Assembly (NCBI GenBank): GCA_036785375.1
Contig: JAWMAR010000430.1
Span: 1 to 64,000 of the forward strand
Length of the DNA: 64,000 nucleotides
Source of the DNA: Leucoraja ocellata
Taxonomy: Eukaryota
Direction of reading: 5' to 3'
The position numbers and the translations under genes are program-made. Under the pieces are notes generated by a model. It saw only the letters and a list, made by a program, of their open reading frames with translations. It ran no database searches and was not told the DNA's origin. Below, piece by piece: positions 36,301-45,300 of this stretch; position 1 is the stretch's first letter, and every line of letters starts with the position of its first letter.

Positions 36301-39300
36301 CACAAAAAAGCTGGAGAAACTCAGCGGGTGCAGCAGCATCTATGGAGCGAAGGAAATAGGCAACGTTTCGGGCCGAAACCTTTTTAAAGAAGGCTTTCGG
36401 CCCGAAACGTTGCCTATTTCCTTCGCTCCATAGATGCTGCTGCACCCGCTGAGTTTCTCCAGCTTTTTTGGGTACCATTGTTAGCTGTTGGTCTTGTTCC
36501 CGTGTTGTACTGTTCCATGTTCTCTGTTATCATTGTTAGAGACTTTTGGACTGACTTGCCAGCCCCAATTAACATAAGTATTTTAACGTTGGAAAAAACA
36601 TTAAAATGGACAGGAGATGGGAACAATTATAGCAGAATAATCTCTTCCTGTGCCTTTAAAATTAGTAATTTAAGGCTGAGTCTGGTGGGGTTTTGAAAGC
36701 CATTTCTCACTGATCTTTCCCTGTTACATTTACAGATGGCAGTATTTAATCACACAGACATCAGGATCGATAAAAGCACCAAGCCATCATGTGGCCCCTG
36801 AGCCGCCTGCCACTGAGTAAGTATTTCACCTGCATTGTGTCATGTTACTGAATGTTAAATAATCAAATATAATTTAAAATATGGAGTTCTCCACCATTGC
36901 AGTCCATAAATATTTTGCAGATGAAAAGCAGATCTGTAACTGTCTTGATCCATGTAGTGATGAAGCTTCTCAATAATCGGAGCTATTTTTATGCAGCTTT
37001 GTTAATATTAGAGGGGGCGGAAGGATAAAAAGGTCAGCAGAGTATTTTCATTCGAGTGTTGGGCTTCATCCTTTGGCCTAACGGTGTAACAGGGAACAGC
37101 TGGATACATTTTGTGAATTTACACTAATTGGTGCTTGTCAAGAAAGAATGCTGATGATTCCCTTTTGCTGTAACTGTTTCCACACTGAGAAATCTCATAT
37201 GGACCCATAACTCTCCTCTACCAGAAATCTTTGGGAGAACACATTGTGTTGAGGATATATGGACTTTGCAACACTATGCAACATATTTGATGTTTGTCAC
37301 TGTGGGATGTCATGTTGCACACACGTCAGTTAGGCCACACTTGGAATATTGTGTGTGGCTCTGATCACCACAGTCTAGGAAGGATGTGCTTAAGTAGGAG
37401 AGTGTGCAGTAATGATTTACCAGGATTTTGCTGGATGGATGGCTTGAGTTATCCACAGAGCTTCGAGTGTAGGAGGCTAAGAGATGAAATGATAGAGGTC
37501 CACAACATTATGAGGCTTATATAAGGTAGATAGCAAGTGTCTCTTTCCTAGTGTAGGCAGTCCCTGCCTTTTATACTTGATATACTTCTATCTCATCCCC
37601 TCATACCCTGCTCCAGCAAAAACAATCCATGTTTGTCCAACCTCTCCTACTAGTTAATACAGTTGAATCTAAACAACAGCCTGGCGAATCTCTCTTGCAC
37701 CTTCTCTCAAGCCTCCGTGTCCTTTCTATGGTGTGGGGACCAGAACTGTACACAATACTCACAAGTATGACCTAACCAAAGTTTTATGCCACCGCAAGGT
37801 AACCTCCTGACATTTTTCCTGCCATATGAGTTTTGTACCACTATCCTATTGCACTGCCACTTTCAGGAAGTTGGACTCCAGATTCCTCCATACATCAATG
37901 CTCCTAAGGGTCCTGCCATTTTACTGTTTGCATTTGAAGATTGCAATATGTTTACAGATGACATCAAAATTGGTGTAATTGTGGAGAATGTAGATCGTCT
38001 AAGGTTTCAGCAGCATCAAGATCAACTGGGAACAAGGGAATGGCAGATGGAATTTAACACAAACCAATGTAAAGTGATGCATTTTAGCAAGTTATACCTA
38101 CCAGGGCTCGGAGTGAATGGCAGGTCCCTGCAGAACGTTATTGAACAGCAAAACCTTGGGGTACAAGTGTACAGTTCCCTGAAAGTGGTGAAGAAGGCAT
38201 ATAGTATGCTTGCCCTCATCAGCCAAAGCATAGGAGTGGGATATCATGTTCTAGTTGTACAAATTAGTGAGTAGGCTATGCTTGCGGTTTTGTGTGTAGT
38301 TCTGGTCACCACACTATAGGAAAGCTAGAGAAGGTGCAGAACAGCTTCACATGAATGTTGCCTGGAATAGAGGGCTTAAGTTATAAGGAGAGATCGAATT
38401 GGCTTGCACTATTTCGACTGGATCAAAGGAGGCAGGTGTGTGTGACCTTATCCATTTTACCAACCCACTGTGCATCCTATTTGACTTAATCCACTGGACC
38501 AACATATCTTGGGGGACCTTGTCTGAAGCTTTGCTAAAGTACATGTACTGTAGATACCATCCATTATCTTTCTCAAATTTATGAGACATTCTCCCCCATA
38601 CAAAGCCATGCTAATTTTCCGAAATAGGTTTATGCTTTTTCAAACGCAGGTACCATCCCCAAGATGCTTCAATTATTTCCCTGCCACATCTCAATGGTCT
38701 TGTGCATAAATCGTAAAATGTAACAGACTGGTACAACTAATAGTTAGAAAGACAAATAGTATTTGGCCTTTATGACGTGTTTAGAAATAGGGAAGTATTG
38801 TTATAGAATGTTGATGAGGCCCAACCTGGATATACTCTGCTCATCATCGGTCCCCATATAGCCTTAACTCCTCCACAGAAGAGGAGTTAAAGCTATGATC
38901 ATATTGCATAGAGGGACAGACTTGAGGGGTCAGGTCGTCTCCAGATTTTTTCCTTGTGTTATTTTCAATTCTGGCTTCTTATGACAAATTTGTGCCCACT
39001 TCCTGCCATTTTTGGTACTGATCAGTTCCCTCTTAATCATCGTTCATCAGTCTGAAAAAGGGTCTCGACCTGAAATGTCACCCATTCCTTCTGTTTTTTG
39101 AAAGAAGTGCACTAACCCACATGTGCGGATACCAAACTACCTCGTTCAAGAATAATACTGGCTGTCTGTGGGTGTGCATGTGTGTATGTTTCTTCCCTGC
39201 CCCCCAAACTAATGTAATGATTGAATATTTAATGTAGGAGTGAGCAAGAGGATGAGGAGAATCTGAGCACAGTCCAGCAAGGTGGATCAAGCAAAGCCAC

Positions 39301-42300
39301 AGCAAGGATATCGAACAGCAGTGATTCAACACAAGGTACCAAAATGTCGCAAGGAACAGATACCTGAATCAATACACAGCTGTTTATGAGTGTGACTTGT
39401 GAATCAGAGGCACTTATTTATGAGAATGGTATTTAGATTGCTTTTCTAGGTGTTTTATGGGAGAGATTTGCATGTTTGATATGCTTCCATCTGTGGATCA
39501 TCATTCAGTTTGGAAATGACTCTGATTTTTTTCTTTCTAGATTTCCTGACATTCTCTGTAAAAAAAATTGTGATTTTCAAAGGTTGAGAGAAAATGTGAG
39601 CTGCTTGTATAGAGAGGTGTGGATATAATTATGGCTTCAAATAAACCAAAAGCAAGTGATGTTTCAAAGGTCATCCTGTTCATCTGTATCTTGTCTTATT
39701 AAATGCCATTGCAATCCTCTGCAGTTGTATGTACGGGTGCTTCCCTGGAGTCAAAGGGAATTCTTGATTCTTGATTAGTACAAGTATCAGAGGTTATGGA
39801 GAGAAGGCAGGAGAATGGGGTTAGGAGGGAGAGAAAGATCAGTCGTGATTGATTGGTGGAGTAGACTTGATGGGCCTGAATGGCCTCATTCTATTATTCC
39901 TTACGATCTTAAATGGTCATCAGTAGGGCCGGATTTACTAGACAAGCTTAGGCTTAGGGCCTCGAGGTCTAGGGGGGCCGGCCAAGGCAGGACACCTACC
40001 GTTCAACTCTGGGCGGGCCCCCCTCTCTATATATCTCTCTCTCTCTCCCCATCTCCCCCCGCTATCCGTGTCTGGGCCGCCGGGCTCCGCTCACTCCTCA
40101 TCCGCCGGCACGGCAGGCCGCCTTGCACATGCGCATTGCTGCGTCCTGCACGTCCTCCCCCCTGCACATGCGCACAACCACGGCCGCCCTGCGCATGTGC
40201 ACTGCAACGGCAACTGGTCGGCACTGGGCACTTTCTCCCTCGCTTTGAATTGTGGGAGATTTGGCCGCCATGGCTGTCCATGCCGGCGGATGAGGAGCGA
40301 GCGGAGCCCGGCAGCCCAGGCACGGATAGCCCCTGCCGCCAGCGCTGAAAACCAACGTGGAGGGGGCCTCATAAGTGGAACAGCTTAGGGCCTCTCTTCA
40401 TCTAAATCCGGCCCTGGTCATCAGGAACACAGGCAAAATAAGCTTCTTGCATGGTCTGAGTAATCGATCTCTGTCACAGGTAAAGAGGTTGATGATCCAC
40501 TGGCAGCGAATCTCTCAGCGAACAACAAGCAGAAACACAGTGCGATCATCCCCACGCAGGAGACAGAGGAGCAGCCCAGGTACATACAGGACTATAACAA
40601 CCTCCGAAGACCCTCTGCCGGGCGGCCCCCCTACAGAAGCACTGAGTTGCACTATTCCAGTCGGGCTCGGGGTTCAATGTCATCAATCGCTTACTCAAGA
40701 GCTGAGGCTGCACTAATAAACCGTAAGTAAACACTCTGTCATCTCGGGCTGTAGGTATGATAAGGGGGGAATGACTACTTGTCACAGTGGTCCATCTTGG
40801 AAACTTTGCAGTGGTGGGACATACAGGGGTCTCAATTCCTACATTTACTGACATTTTTCAGCAAGGGCTTGTTTCAGGCTGATTTGTCCTCTGCTGATTC
40901 TCAACCACAGTTGCCCATTCATTGTCACTGCCAGATATTTAAAGGTAAATAATGCTTGCAAGTGAAAATGTTTCTTGATTGCTGCAAAGCTCCTAAGCAT
41001 TTGATTCACTGCAGCCTTCTCTCCATCTCTTTAGTTCACTCATTGAAGCGATTGCTGTCAGCTCATGTGGTGGGTTCAGAAGATGATGCCAGTGATGGAG
41101 CATCTGTTCGGCACCTTCCAGAAGATGACAGTGTACTGCCGTCACCAAAGCAGGGGACTGATGAGCCATCCAACAGCACGACGTGTTGTCAAGGTGGGGC
41201 ACCCAACAAGGCACTGCAGCATCAGCTGGAGATAGCCAATGGGACAATGGAGGAAGTAGAGGCTGACACAAGAATTAGTGAAAGGACTAAACTTCCCCGT
41301 CAGTTCACACTGGAAGCGGGTCACAGCGAACGTATCCCAACTGAAGGACGTGGACCAGACTTGGTAGCTGACGATGGTGGAGATAGGTTCTACGACGCCC
41401 CAGAAGATCACTCGGATGAGCATCGATTACAAGGGAACAGTTCAAGTCCAAATAGAGAAGAGGAGGCAAAGTCACAAGCCCGTTCATCAGGTTGGTTATA
41501 AGCACGAACTGCTTGCACAACTGGTGTCCATTCTCCAAAGAAATGTGTTCCCAACAGGGAAATTGTCTGAAGATAGACACAAAGAGCTAGAGTACTCAGC
41601 GGGTCAGACAGCGTTTCTGGAGAAAAGGAATAGGTGACATTTCGGGTTGTGACCCTTCAGTCAAGATTAAAAATGTGTCCTCCTTTTTGAGTTCTTGAGA
41701 CTAATTACTAAGTAGTTTTCCACACCAACTGTCCATTGTTTAGTCTTGACTTCCCACAAGAGTTGAGTAGTTACGTCACTCAAAATAATGTATTGGTTTG
41801 GGTAGTTACAATGAGAGCTTCTGGGTTCTGTCCTGTTTTCTTTGTAAGAAACATTCTTCAGCCTGAGATCTTCAAGAGGTATCACTAACTTTTATTAAAA
41901 TCTTTGTTCACTTTGGCAGGGAACTTTATAACCCTGGATGAATTTCCACAGACAGAAGGAAGCTCCACTGATGAAGTAGAAATGTCTACACTTCCATCTG
42001 ATTATTCTGTGGATTGTCTCACCCAGAGCACAGAGGCGAGGGAAAGCAACAGTGCAACTGATCCTTGTAATGCAGAAGGCCCAGAGGCAGGAATTAGACA
42101 GCTGCTTCCTACATCACATGTGCGCAACCAAATCCTCCAATTAATTCATAGTATCGAGTCTGATCTGAAATATTTAAAGGTAATATGCGTATTGAGATCT
42201 ATCCAGTCGGCACAGCCTGGTACTGGTGCATCTGATCTTTAGTGTGACACCCCATCCCAAGGTTGTATTCAATGGTGAATTTTCATTGTCGGTGTGATTT

Positions 42301-45300
42301 GAAAAAAATTAGCCGGTGTTCAGAATGTTTTTATCAAAAAATAAATTATATCATTAGGAGGAGAAGAAAGGTCTGTGGTTATAACCTCTCTGGGATAGCT
42401 GACATTTCGGGTCGGGATCCTTCTCCAGACTTCGGTGTTTTTGCGTGATATAGTCCCCAGATAGAGCAGCTCAAAGCATGTAATCAGAGTTGCTTTTTCC
42501 TGAACTTAAGTTCACCACCAGTTTCCTTTGTATTGTTAAGTAACAAAATGAAAACTGACATTTCCTGGTAACAATGAAAATGGCTGCTTGAAATTGAGAA
42601 TTTGGGCAAACTCTAATAGAGATCATGGGATCTGGTAATGTATGTGTGTCTTATCCTCACAAACAGAGTTGCACATTGTAAGAGAATGGGCAAAGGTAAA
42701 AATGTCCACAAAAGGTTGAAGATAATTCAAGAGCTTCAGTGAATACTATCTCTCATTTCAATTAGCGAGTAACCCAGGAGCACATTTGCTGACTTATTGT
42801 GTAGTGTTGACAGGAGCTCACTGTACCTGCATGCTTACTTTCAGTGACTGATGAACAAGGACCCCCAGATCTCGTTGTAAAAGGAAAAGTACAACAAGAC
42901 CTGGGGCTCCATGTTCATCAGTCACTGAAAGTAAGCATGCAAGTACAGCAGGCAGTGTAGAAAGCTAATGGCATGTTGGCCTTCATAACATGACGAGTTG
43001 AGTATAAGAGCAAAGAGGTCCTCATGCAGTTGTACAGGGCCCTAGTGAGACCACACTTGGAGTATTGTGTGCAGTTTTGGTCTCCAAATTTAAGGAAGGA
43101 CATTCTCGCTATTGAGGGATTGCAGCAAGGTTAATTCCCGGGATGGCGGGACTGTCATATGTTGATAGAATGGAGCGGCTGGGCTTGTATACTCTGGAAT
43201 TTAGAAGGATGAGAGGTGGTCTTATTGAAACATAAGATTATTAACGGTTTGGACACGGCAGATGCAGGAAACCTGTTCCTGATGTTGTGGGAGTCTAGAA
43301 CCAGGGGCCACAGTTTACAAATAAAAGGTAAGCAATTTAGAACGGAGATGAGGAAAAACATTTTTGAGTTGTGAATCTGTGGAATTCTCTGCCTCAGAAG
43401 GCAGTGGAGGCCAATTCTCTGTATTCTTTCAAGAGAGAGTTGGCTCTTAAAGATAGTGGAGTCGGGATAATGGGGAAAAGGCAGGAACGGGATACTGATT
43501 GTAGATGATCACAATGAATGGTGGTGCTGGCTCGAAGGGTCGAATGGCCTACTCCTGCACCTATTGTCTATTGAAATAATGAGCTAAAGATAGCTGCAGT
43601 CCGTAGCCTTAGCTACTAACTGAAGGCAATTTTTGTGTGTAAACTTATTCTTTCACTGTTCGTTTCAGGAGTTGGAGCTGGAATGCCACAGTCAGCAGGT
43701 CCTGGAGCTCTCAGCTACGCATGAGCCAACAGGCAAGTGTCTGATTACATCGCGATGTTTAGCGCCATTTTGCTCCGACAGGCCCTCAACAGAAAGCAGT
43801 CTGCACAGTTAGAGGGGATACTTTGTAACCATGCGCTACCATAATTGTCTTGGGCCACGAACCATTCCCTTAAATTAGAAGATTATGCTTGTCATTTTGC
43901 TGCTTAAGGTTGGTAGGAAAACCAGGGAATTGCTTAAAACCAATAAAACTGCAGATGTTGGAATCTGAAACAAACCAAATACTGGAAGAACTCTGCCTCA
44001 TCACGCAGGATTTGTGGAAAGAGAAACCAGTTATGTTTTGGGTCAAGGACCCATCCCAGGGAATTATAGTCCCGTAAGACTTTATTTTTAAATTAAGAAC
44101 CAGATAGCTGAACACTGAAAATGTTAATACCTGATAGATTTTTGTTTGGGGGTGACAGAAGTGGTTGATGTGAAATGTCCATTAATGTTTTCTTCTGCAG
44201 TCTTGACATTATGACGAAAGAATAGGTAATTCAATCCATCCAGTCCATTTTGGTAATTATATTCCACTTGGCCCTCTTCCTGTGTTTTCTCATCCAAGTC
44301 AAGTGTAACCCACTTTTCCCTTCTCCCTCTGCTAATCCAGCTGCTTCTGAAATAAGAGTTCTACTTCTTACCACTCTGGTAAATACATTTCTTCTCAATT
44401 CAGATTTCTTGGTAATCATTGAAATTAAATAATCACTAGTTATACTTTTCCCCACGTGGAAACATGCTTTCCTTAATCTCTTATCAATTTTATTTTCCAT
44501 GTTATAGTCCTTTCTCTGTCCCTTCAATTATCTTGAGAAGAGGAGCCCAGCATGTTCTCCCTATGGTGATATGTATATTCTAGCATTTTTATTATCACCC
44601 TTGTACATTTTCTCCATTGCCTCTGCATCCTTTTGGGTAACATGAGATCCAGAACTATACAAAATACTTCAGTGTGGTCTGAACTAAGTTCGATATAGAT
44701 GTAGCATACCTTTCCTATTTTTCACTCTGTCACTCAAAGAATTACATCGTCATTCTTAGCTTTTACAATGATCTTGCTTATCCGTAGCACAACTTTGAAT
44801 TATCTAAAAGGGATAGATAGTTATTTCTGAACAAATAGACTGTGTGGATTCCAAGGTTGTATGTAGATTCAATTATTGACAAGAGCAAAAAAGAATTGCA
44901 GGATGCTGGAGAACTGGACGTGAGGATAGAGATTATTCTGCAGCTGTCTTTGCCTTGGGTCAGATCACAGTTGCAGTATTGTGAGCAACTCTGGGCATTG
45001 TGCTTTTGAAAGGGTCTATTGACTTTGGAGTGAGTGCAATGGAGACTTGGAAGAATGATGCTTGGATATCAGGGATTAAATTATCAGTCGAGGACACTCC
45101 AACCATGACAACCTTCATTGATCACGAGTGATGGAGTTATAAACAAAGATTGGATGGGCTGGATTGTCGGAGAATGAAGGGCGACCTTGCATCTCTGTCA
45201 AATTATGAGGGATATAGGTAGAATGGATTATCTGTCATTTCCCCCAGGATAGCGGAAACTAGAACCGGGGGCACAGGTTTAAGGTGAGAGTGTAAAAATG

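Noticed and set aside
39045-39095. Sense-strand hammerhead ribozyme in an ARHGEF12 intron (cagtctgaaaaagggtctcgacctgaaatgtc)
   Set aside because: The core reads CTGAAAA instead of CTGANGA and the copy is solitary; likely inactive.
39815-40388. Overlapping GC-rich ORFs of 85-177 aa as a novel gene
   Set aside because: They lie within a CR1 tail and the hAT MITE; high GC content and the internal inverted repeat explain the lack of stops.
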